A stretch of 64,000 nucleotides of DNA from Clostridia bacterium (GTDB lineage Bacteria > Bacillota > Clostridia > UBA1381 > UBA9506), in contig JAGBHP010000006.1 in NCBI GenBank assembly GCA_017935435.1, positions 2,726 through 66,725 of the forward strand, in the 5' to 3' direction. The notes below the pieces were generated by a model. That model made no database searches. It was not told the origin of the DNA and saw only the letters and a list, made by a program, of their open reading frames with translations. The position numbers were made by a program, and so were the translations under genes. Positions within the stretch are counted from its first letter, which is position 1. The number at the start of each line of letters is the position of its first letter. Below, one piece after another: positions 7,788 to 14,608 of this stretch.

Positions 7788-7865
7788 GAGTCCAAATCAC
7801 AATCGAAAGCTAAATTCCAATTTACATCCTAAACATATGTATAATTTAGTAATCTAATTCACTTT

Positions 7866-7898
7866 AAAAAAAATCAGCGCAAATATGCGCTGATTTTT
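7866..7898 (-). terminator. terminator after glnN (bidirectional shape)
   Basis: AAAAATCAGCGC-AAATAT-GCGCTGATTTTT. Confidence 0.8.
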
Positions 7899-7920
7899 GA
7901 TATTTAATTACTTATAAGTT

Positions 7921-10002
7921 TTACAATTTAAACAAAAGCTCGCTATATGTAGGCATAGGCCAGTATTTTTCGGAAACAATCGTTTCAAGCTCGTCGGCTA
8001 CTGCACGCAGAAGCTGCATTGCCTCAAACACATCTTTTGAGAAAAACGTTGCTTTTTTGGTTGTATCATCAATTTCTTTTGACTTAATGATTGCAGCATC
8101 TAAAACATCGATTTTTTCATAAAGAGATTTTCCGAGTGCTGAAAGCTTAGATAAGATATCCATTTCGACTTCGCTATCCACCCCAAGCTCTTTTTTGAGT
8201 TTAGCAGTTTTTGCGACTTCTTTTGAATACAATATCACCGCAGGCAAGATATCTCTTTTTGCCATTTCAAGCATTGTGAGTGCTTCGATGTTTAGCACCT
8301 TAATATAAGAATCGAGCTTAACCTCCTGACGTGAAATAAGCTCAGCTTCTGTGTAAACCTTGTGTTTGGCAAAAAGCTTCACATTCTTTTCGCTTGCAAA
8401 CATTGGCAGGCAATCAGCGGAGGAGTGAAGATTTAAAAGTCCTCTTTTTTCAGCTTCAGCTACCCATTCATCAGAATAGTTGTTACCATTAAATATAATT
8501 CTGAAATGTTTTTTTACAGTTCTTTTTATAAGCTTTGAAAGCGCTGAGTTAAAGTCTTCTGCATTTTCAAGCTCGTCTGCAAATTCGCATAAGCTATCGG
8601 CAACAATTGTGTTTATAATAGTATTTATACCCGCAATTGACTGGCTTGAGCCGGGCATACGGAACTCGAATTTATTACCTGTAAACGCAAAAGGTGATGT
8701 TCTGTTTCTGTCGGTTGTGTCTTTGGAAAATCTCGGGAGCATATCAACACCGATTTCAAGCTTTTCTTTTTTGTGCTGACTGTATTCTTCGCCTGAAATA
8801 ATTGCCTCTAAGATTTCTTCGAGTTCATCGCCGACAAACATCGAAACTATCGCAGGAGGAGCCTCGTTTCCTCCAAGTCGGTGGTCATTTCCTGCAGACG
8901 CTACCGAAATTCTAAGTAAATCCTGGTGCTCGTCAACGGCTTTAATAACTGCGCTTAAAAACAGCAAAAATTGTGCATTTTCGCTCGGTGATGCGCCCGG
9001 GTCCATAAGATTTCCGCAGCCTTCAGCCGAAAGCGACCAGTTATTGTGCTTACCGCTTCCGTTTACGCCTGCAAACGGCTTTTCGTGCAACAAACAAACC
9101 AAGCCGTGCTTTTCTGCAACCTTTTTCATCGTTTCCATAATAAGCTGATTGTGGTCGGTTGCAACATTTGTAGTTCCAAAAATGGGAGCAAGCTCATGCT
9201 GAGCAGGTGCACCCTCGTTGTGCTTGGTTTTGGAAAGTATTCCAAGAGTCCAGAGTTCTTCGTCTAAGTCCTTCATATACTCTGAAATTTTTGTTTTTAT
9301 GCTTCCGTAGTAATGGTCATCAAGCTCCTGACCCTTGGGCGGTTTTGCCCCGAAAAGCGTCCTTCCTGTGAACATAAGGTCATCACGCTTATCGTAATAT
9401 TTTTTGTCAATTATAAAATATTCCTGCTCTGCGCCAACTGAAGACACAACTCTCGGCGGATTTTTGCCGAATAAATGCAGTATTCTTTTTGCCTGTACAT
9501 CAATTGCTTCCATTGAGCGCAAAAGCGGTGTTTTTTTGTCAAGTGCCTCGCCTGAATATGAGCAAAAAACAGTCGGTATGTAAAGCGTTCCGTCTTTTAC
9601 AAAAGCATAAGAGCTTGGGTCCCAGGCGGTATATCCTCTTGCTTCAAAGGTTGCCCTTAAACCGCCTGACGGGAAAGAAGATGCATCGGATTCGCCTTTA
9701 ATAAGCTCTTTTCCTGAAAACTCCATAATTACTGTGCTTCCGTCTGTCGGCGTAATAAAGCTTTCGTGCTTTTCGGCAGTAACGCCTGTCATAGGCTGAA
9801 ACCAATGTGTATAATGCGTTGCGCCTTTTGAGATTGCCCAGTCCTTCATTGAGTTTGCAACAACGGTTGCAATGGAATTATCAAGTGCCGCACCGCTATC
9901 TATCGTTTTTTTAAGCTTTTTGAAAATGTCCTTTGGCAGAGTTTCCCTCATTACGTGCTCGTTATAAACCGAGCGACCAAAAATTTCAGGTACGTTTGTC
10001 AT
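7921..10002 (-). CDS. glnN: glutamine synthetase type III
   Basis: About 690 aa. THYTHWFQP..TAEKH and the GSIII catalytic region. ATG at 10002 preferred over the upstream TTG at 10020 used by the track. Confidence 0.9.
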   Translation of the reverse strand: MTNVPEIFGRSVYNEHVMRETLPKDIFKKLKKTIDSGAALDNSIATVVANSMKDWAISKGATHYTHWFQPMTGVTAEKHESFITPTDGSTVIMEFSGKELIKGESDASSFPSGGLRATFEARGYTAWDPSSYAFVKDGTLYIPTVFCSYSGEALDKKTPLLRSMEAIDVQAKRILHLFGKNPPRVVSSVGAEQEYFIIDKKYYDKRDDLMFTGRTLFGAKPPKGQELDDHYYGSIKTKISEYMKDLDEELWTLGILSKTKHNEGAPAQHELAPIFGTTNVATDHNQLIMETMKKVAEKHGLVCLLHEKPFAGVNGSGKHNNWSLSAEGCGNLMDPGASPSENAQFLLFLSAVIKAVDEHQDLLRISVASAGNDHRLGGNEAPPAIVSMFVGDELEEILEAIISGEEYSQHKKEKLEIGVDMLPRFSKDTTDRNRTSPFAFTGNKFEFRMPGSSQSIAGINTIINTIVADSLCEFADELENAEDFNSALSKLIKRTVKKHFRIIFNGNNYSDEWVAEAEKRGLLNLHSSADCLPMFASEKNVKLFAKHKVYTEAELISRQEVKLDSYIKVLNIEALTMLEMAKRDILPAVILYSKEVAKTAKLKKELGVDSEVEMDILSKLSALGKSLYEKIDVLDAAIIKSKEIDDTTKKATFFSKDVFEAMQLLRAVADELETIVSEKYWPMPTYSELLFKL

Positions 10003-10044
10003 ATTTTCGTTTCCTTTCAAGCTGTAATTTACGTAAAAATAAAC

Positions 10045-10083
10045 AAAAAAGGCTGTGCGACAAAAAACAGTCGCACAGCGCCT
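10045..10083 (-). terminator. terminator hairpin between csp and glnN, downstream of a promoter-like site
   Basis: Minus strand reads GCTGTGCGAC-TGTTTTTT-GTCGCACAGC followed by CTTTTTTG. Confidence 0.75.
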
Positions 10084-10104
10084 TTGCTGTAAAACTATAT
10101 TTAG

Positions 10105-10133
10105 ATTATACTATAAAGGAAATATTTTGTCAA
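10105..10133 (-). promoter_or_regulatory. consensus sigma-A promoter upstream of the glnN leader
   Basis: Minus strand TTGACA, 17-nt spacer, TATAAT. Confidence 0.6.
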
Positions 10134-10151
10134 TACCTTTTTTAGTCCCGA

Positions 10152-10367
10152 TTACACAACAGGAACTACATTTACAGCACGTTTTTTAGCTTCATTTTTC
10201 GGGTCAGCCTCAACGTCGAATGTTACTGTCTGACCTTCCTGAAGAGTTTTAAATCCGTCACATACGATAGCTGAAAAATGTACGAATACATCATCGCCGC
10301 CCTCTTCGTTTGCAATAAAACCATAGCCCTTTTCTGCATTAAACCACTTTACTGTACCTTTGTTCAT
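10152..10367 (-). CDS. cold-shock protein (CspA family)
   Basis: [18 protein letters not shown]...VFVHFSAI carries the RNP1/RNP2 motifs. GGAGG RBS. Start at M15 of the track ORF. Confidence 0.93.
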   Translation of the reverse strand: MNKGTVKWFNAEKGYGFIANEEGGDDVFVHFSAIVCDGFKTLQEGQTVTFDVEADPKNEAKKRAVNVVPVV

Positions 10368-10407
10368 TTTGTAAACCTCCAAAAATATATTTATTACTCT
10401 TATGCTC

Positions 10408-10471
10408 AAAAAAAATAACCCGCATATTTTTGTAAATCATCAACCCCAACAATGACTTACAAAAATATGCG
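10408..10471 (-). terminator. 15-bp hairpin plus U8 inside the predicted csp 5' UTR (also positioned to terminate the upstream SLOG gene)
   Basis: Minus strand CGCATATTTTTGTAA, 21-nt loop, TTACAAAAATATGCG, then GGTTATTTTTTTT. Confidence 0.75.
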
Positions 10472-10503
10472 AGTCCATAGCAAGCTTTTAAGAATACCCT
10501 TTT

Positions 10504-10532
10504 ATTATATGACATTTTCCGCAATTTGTCAA
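10504..10532 (-). promoter_or_regulatory. perfect consensus promoter for csp, overlapping the stop codon of the upstream gene
   Basis: Minus strand TTGACA, 17-nt spacer, TATAAT. The TGA stop of the SLOG gene lies inside TTGACA. Confidence 0.6.
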
Positions 10533-11086
10533 TACTTGTTATCGGTATTATCAGAAAAATAGGATTTTAAGGGTTTAATAAACACGTTAACAATCTTCTT
10601 CTTTTTCTTGTTTGCGTATTCATAAGCAGCTTTTGTTCCGCTTTTTGGCTGGTAGTCTGTAACAGAGCGTTTGCTCGCCTTTTGTTTTGAAGGTAAATAG
10701 CTTTCGTCATAATACATAACACAGACGTCTGATTTATCTATCATTTCGCAGTTGCGCTCAACGTAAGCCGCCTTGCCTGCGTTTGTGATTTTAGCAGGAA
10801 AATATGTATCGTCAAAATCTCTTAGGAGATATTTTCGGTAGCTTTCGCTTATTTCGGGATTTTCAGCTCGTACATAAATGCGCTCAATATGAGGATATCT
10901 GACTTTAAGTGAAGTAACAACATTTACGCAAAGCTCGTTAAATTCGCTCTTGCTTCCAAATAAAAACATCTCAATTTTATCCTCAGTAATAAGCTTTTCA
11001 ACTGTTTCGTAAACCCTGTTCTTTAGTATTTCACGTGATTTTATTTTTCTGTGTCCTAAAAAGCAACAAGCTTTCTTTCCGTCCAT
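10529..11086 (-). CDS. SLOG-superfamily protein, YpsA/DUF1273-like
   Basis: CFLGHRKI N-terminal motif, FLFGSKSEF, and IDKSDVCVMYYDES block. These parallel B. subtilis YpsA (ITGYKPHELG, ISGQLG, IDKSDGLLLLYDPE). Confidence 0.6.
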   Translation of the reverse strand: MDGKKACCFLGHRKIKSREILKNRVYETVEKLITEDKIEMFLFGSKSEFNELCVNVVTSLKVRYPHIERIYVRAENPEISESYRKYLLRDFDDTYFPAKITNAGKAAYVERNCEMIDKSDVCVMYYDESYLPSKQKASKRSVTDYQPKSGTKAAYEYANKKKKKIVNVFIKPLKSYFSDNTDNKY

Positions 11087-11332
11087 AAATCATACTCCAA
11101 TCATAAAAAAATGCGCAGCCACCTTTTGACAGAGAAGCTGCGCACAAAAAACGCAGTGACTCCGTTTCAAAAAGGTTGCTACACCTGTTTAAGCATAATC
11201 AAGAATAATATAATATTACACCGTTCAAGAGTATGATGAAACAAGAGTGTACGCTTTTTACATATAGCGTACCTCTCGTAACGGTGTTATATTCAAAAAA
11301 CCTGCCAAAATTGACATGCTTAAAAGTGTAGC
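11087..11332 (-). promoter_or_regulatory. about 245-nt structured 5' leader with terminator directly before the RBS (candidate riboswitch or attenuator)
   Basis: Nested helices P1 (11177-11196 with 11316-11333), P2 (11212-11225 with 11280-11293), P3 (11241-11255 with 11266-11279). Terminator TGCGCAGC, 17-nt loop, GCTGCGCA, T7 at 11105-11144. Confidence 0.5.
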
Positions 11333-11338
11333 ATATAT

Positions 11339-11367
11339 ATTATACCACACATATAAAATTAATTCAA
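11339..11367 (-). promoter_or_regulatory. promoter for the SLOG-gene leader
   Basis: Minus strand TTGAAT, 17-nt spacer, TATAAT with TGg extended -10. Confidence 0.6.
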
Positions 11368-11454
11368 GAAAAAATTAATTGAAATTTATATAACATTTTA
11401 GTAAATTATTTGGAAAAATTGGGATTTACATTAGCGATGTTACGGCGTGCGTTA

Positions 11455-11588
11455 GGCTCCCTTGTGTAAAGGGAGCTGTCACCGCATGGTGACTGAGGGA
11501 TTGTTTTTGTTATAACAATCGCATTTCTAATGACAATCCCTCCGAGTTTTGCTCCGCAAAACTCACCTCCCTTTGCACAAGGGAGGCT
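11455..11588 (-). repeat. four-helix junction module, copy 2 (inverted relative to copy 1)
   Basis: Same P1-P4 architecture as 7396-7548. Two stem positions changed on both sides (G:C to A:T in P1 and P3). Hairpin loops differ. Confidence 0.7.
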
Positions 11589-11665
11589 ATGCTCGACCAC
11601 AACATTTGGTCGCATAAATTCCAATTTAGCACGCAACTAATGGCTGTGCTGTCATAGGGACAGGC

Positions 11666-11846
11666 GTACCCGAGGGGGCAGACCCTCCTCGACGTCTCGT
11701 TTGTGCCTCACGAGAACAATGTTATGGTGGGACGTCCGGGAGGCCGTCCCCTACAACATAACCGCCGGTTTTGGGCGAGATTGTAGGGAACGGGCTTGCT
11801 CGTTCCGCTCATATTTTTCGGGAGGGCGCAGAGACCCTCCCCTACA
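11666..11846. repeat. REP/BIME-like units B1-B3
   Basis: GTACCCGAGGGGGCAGACCCT motif. [GGGACG/CGTCCC]CTACA at 11729-11755 is the exact reverse complement of 7716-7742. TGTAG[GGAACG/CGTTCC]...[GGGAGGG/CCCTCCC]CTACA. 11819-11845 is identical to 7761-7787. Confidence 0.8.
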
Positions 11847-11884
11847 AACCCAACCAGATGTTGGTGCGCTAAATTCCAAGTTAA

Positions 11885-11920
11885 CAAAAAAGCGAGCACA
11901 AATTTAAGCTTTGTGCTCGC
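11885..11920 (-). terminator. intrinsic terminator after purC
   Basis: Minus strand GCGAGCACAAA-loop-TTTGTGCTCGC followed by TTTTTT. Confidence 0.85.
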
Positions 11921-11937
11921 CGAATTTATTATATTTT

Positions 11938-12621
11938 TTATCTATTTAAGATAAGCTTTGTGAGTTCAACGGGTTCAACGATTTTGTCGCCCTTATAAAC
12001 ACGCATATTACCTGATGCGATTTCGTCGATTAAGATAACTTCGCCATTGTTATAGCCAAACTCAAATTTAATATCCCACAAATCGAGACCGATTTCTTTT
12101 AAGTCATCAGCAACAATTTTTGTAATCTTAAGTGTCTGCTCTTTCATGCTTTCAAACATTTCAAGTGACATAATGCCGAGAGCAGCTAAACCTTCGCCTG
12201 TAACGAGCGGATCGCCTTTAGCGTCGTTTTTAAAAGTACATTCAACGTAGCCACCATCAAGCGGTGTTCCGTCTTCGATATATTCACCATATCTTCTTAT
12301 AAAGCTTCCTGTTGCAACCAAGCGGCAGATAACCTCAAGACCATGACCGAAAACCTTGCCGGGAAGAACCTCCATTGTAGCTTCATCTAAGTTAGCACTT
12401 ACATAGTGAGTCTTAATGCCTGCTTTGTTTAAAAGCTCAAAATAACGGATTGAAGTTTCTAAGTTTGCTTTTCCGATACCTTCAATTGTAAGACCAACGC
12501 TATTTTCGCCGGGGTCAAATACGCCGTCTTTACCTGTGCAGTCATCCTTGAACTTAAGCATCACATTGCCGTTATCAAGAGAATAAACGTCTTTTGTTTT
12601 TCCTTCGTAAATCTTTTTCAT
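11938..12621 (-). CDS. purC: phosphoribosylaminoimidazole-succinocarboxamide synthase
   Basis: [14 protein letters not shown]-terminus; SAICAR synthetase blocks throughout. Confidence 0.92.
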   Translation of the reverse strand: MKKIYEGKTKDVYSLDNGNVMLKFKDDCTGKDGVFDPGENSVGLTIEGIGKANLETSIRYFELLNKAGIKTHYVSANLDEATMEVLPGKVFGHGLEVICRLVATGSFIRRYGEYIEDGTPLDGGYVECTFKNDAKGDPLVTGEGLAALGIMSLEMFESMKEQTLKITKIVADDLKEIGLDLWDIKFEFGYNNGEVILIDEIASGNMRVYKGDKIVEPVELTKLILNR

Positions 12622-12793
12622 TAGTTACAACACTCCTTTGCTTTTTTTCAAATTCTACATTTATATATTTTATCACAAAAATTTGTTGTTGTATAGTTTT
12701 TTTTGAAAAAAATTCGTCGGAAATTTTAATAAAATTATTGAAAAAATTTATTTTATTATTGTTAAATTGTTATTTTTCGTCTTCAAAATTATA

Positions 12794-12822
12794 TTGACAT
12801 ATTGATATTGGTATGATAATAT
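12794..12822 (+). promoter_or_regulatory. promoter of the IclR/KDG cluster
   Basis: TTGACA, 17-nt spacer, TAATAT. Confidence 0.55.
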
Positions 12823-12847
12823 AACAGTAAACGTATATATAAACTGT

Positions 12848-12863
12848 GTTCGCATATACGAAC
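12848..12863. promoter_or_regulatory. candidate IclR/KdgR operator palindrome
   Basis: GTTCGCAT|ATACGAAC, 7 of 8 symmetric positions, between the promoter and the regulator start codon. Confidence 0.4.
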
Positions 12864-12877
12864 GAAACGGAGGGCTT

Positions 12878-13639
12878 ATGCATCAACCAACAAAAAGAGT
12901 GATAGATATTTTGGAATATATTGTAAAAAAAGGCGAAAATGTGCGCCTTACAGACTTTAGCCGCGAGCTTGAAATGCCCAAAAGCACGCTTTTAGCAATT
13001 TTAAAAACCTTGTGCGACTACAAGTTTTTGGTGAACGAAAACGGAATGTATTCAGCAGGAACGGCTTTATTTTCTCTTGGCGCGGCTTTTACGGGTAATT
13101 TTCCAACGCTGAATTTTGTAAGAAAACAGCTTGATGATTTGGTGGGTTTACTTGGCGAAACCTGCTATTTTGGTGTTTTGGAAGAGGGAAATGTTTTGTA
13201 CCTTGAAAAAGCAGATTCTTTGCATCCGCTCAGAATGCTTATAACAACAGGACGCAGGCTCCCTGCTTATTCAACGGGCATCGGCAAGGCACTTTTAATT
13301 GATTGTAGCGAAGATGAACTTAAAAAAATTTATCCTGACGGACTTTTGCCGTTTACTAAAAACACAATAACCGATTTTAAAGTGCTTGCAAGTCAGCTTG
13401 AATGTGCTAAAAATGATGGGTACGTGTGGGAAATAGAGGAGTCGATGGAACATATTCGCTGTTTTGCTGTACCTGTAAGAAAAAATAGCAGAGTAGTTGC
13501 GGCAGTCAGTGTTGCGATTCCCGTTTTCAGATTTAATGAGGAAAAAAGAGATTTTATTATAGATAGTGTAAAAAACGTTGCACAGAAAATAAGCGAAACT
13601 ATCGAGCAAACAGATGCACATTTCGGAAATATTTTTTAA
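12878..13639 (+). CDS. IclR-family transcriptional regulator (KdgR-like)
   Basis: N-terminal wHTH (RVIDILEYI...LTDFSRELEMPKSTL) plus C-terminal IclR effector domain. Confidence 0.88.
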   Translation: MHQPTKRVIDILEYIVKKGENVRLTDFSRELEMPKSTLLAILKTLCDYKFLVNENGMYSAGTALFSLGAAFTGNFPTLNFVRKQLDDLVGLLGETCYFGVLEEGNVLYLEKADSLHPLRMLITTGRRLPAYSTGIGKALLIDCSEDELKKIYPDGLLPFTKNTITDFKVLASQLECAKNDGYVWEIEESMEHIRCFAVPVRKNSRVVAAVSVAIPVFRFNEEKRDFIIDSVKNVAQKISETIEQTDAHFGNIF

Positions 13640-13653
13640 TAGGAGGTTTTCAG

Positions 13654-14598
13654 ATGCCTGAATTTGTAACATTTGGTGAAACGATGGCAGTTTTTGTTCC
13701 TGAGAGCATTGGGTCTTTAAGGTATAGCAAGACTTTTTCTTTGGAAATGGCAGGAGCAGAAAGTAATACGGCAATTGGTATTGCAAAACTTGGTCATACT
13801 TCGGGATGGATTAGCGCACTTGGATGTGACGAACTTGGCGATTACGTCATTTCCGCTATTCGCGCAGAAGGTGTGGATACTTCGTGCGTTTTAAGGGATG
13901 AAAAACACAGAACGGGTCTTATGATAAAGCAGTTTTCAGCAGCTGAAACTGAGGTTTTTTATTACAGAGATAAGTCTGCTGCAAGCTTTTTTGGTGCAGA
14001 AAATATTTCATATGAATATTTAAAAAACACTAAAATTATTCATCTTACGGGAATAACGCCTGTTTTGAGCGAAAACTGTATGGACGCAGTTGCAACAATT
14101 GCCGATTTTGCAAAAAAATATAATATTTTGTTAAGCTTTGATGCAAATATCAGAAAAAAGCTTTGGAAAGGGAAAGATTACTCCGAAATGATTTCAAAAC
14201 TTTTGTTTACATCAGATATTGCGCTTTTAGGGCTTGATGAGGCGGAGCTCCTTTTAAAAATCAAAAATCCAGAGGAAATTATAAGGTGTTTACTAAGTCA
14301 AGGTGTAAAAATGATTGCTTTAAAAGACGGCGCAAATGGTGCGATTGTAGCAAACAAAGACAACTGCTTTAAAATTTCGCCGCAAAGATGCAAGCCGATT
14401 GATCCGATTGGTGCAGGTGACGGCTTTAATGCAGGCTTTTTGGCGGGTGTTTTAGAAAAACGCGACCTTAAAACATGTGGTACAATGGGCGCAATAGCAG
14501 GTGCTATGGCAACTGAAACGAAGGGCGATGTAACGGGATATCCGTCGAAAAAACGGATGGAGCAACGCCTTTTAAACGAAGAAAAAATTTATAGATAG
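13654..14598 (+). CDS. kdgK: PfkB-family sugar kinase, 2-dehydro-3-deoxygluconokinase-like
   Basis: GGAESNTA-type N-terminal motif (AGAESNTAIG) and C-terminal DPIGAGDGF PfkB signature. Confidence 0.85.
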   Translation: MPEFVTFGETMAVFVPESIGSLRYSKTFSLEMAGAESNTAIGIAKLGHTSGWISALGCDELGDYVISAIRAEGVDTSCVLRDEKHRTGLMIKQFSAAETEVFYYRDKSAASFFGAENISYEYLKNTKIIHLTGITPVLSENCMDAVATIADFAKKYNILLSFDANIRKKLWKGKDYSEMISKLLFTSDIALLGLDEAELLLKIKNPEEIIRCLLSQGVKMIALKDGANGAIVANKDNCFKISPQRCKPIDPIGAGDGFNAGFLAGVLEKRDLKTCGTMGAIAGAMATETKGDVTGYPSKKRMEQRLLNEEKIYR

Positions 14599-14608
14599 GA
14601 GTAAAGTT

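Noticed and set aside
7088-7830. CRISPR array as an explanation for the repeat islands
   Set aside because: There is no constant-length direct repeat alternating with unique spacers. The units are individually palindromic, differ in sequence and occur in both orientations. No cas genes are in the window.
10090-10104. A full two-hairpin ANTAR binding site in the glnN leader
   Set aside because: Only the terminator-overlapping hexaloop hairpin fits the A1/G4 rule. The only upstream candidate (TAAA-TATAGT-TTTA) has a 4-bp AU stem and the wrong loop residues, and it would lie at or before the predicted TSS.
11311-11339. Plus-strand promoter-like TTGACA, 17 nt, TATATA pointing into the second repeat island
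   Set aside because: It is a good hexamer match, but it lies inside the P1 helix of the minus-strand leader in AT-rich DNA, with no plus-strand gene downstream. It cannot be distinguished from chance without TSS data, so it is not listed as a feature.
11406-11907. Track ORFs 11406..11636 (-), 11701..11907 (+) and 11708..11899 (-)
   Set aside because: Same reasoning as above. Mutually overlapping ORFs on both strands across GC-rich palindromes are the expected artefact of hairpin repeats.
12622-12800. Purine riboswitch upstream of purC
   Set aside because: The minus-strand leader is short and AT-rich. It lacks the conserved purine-riboswitch junction and loop sequences and has no terminator or antiterminator pair.
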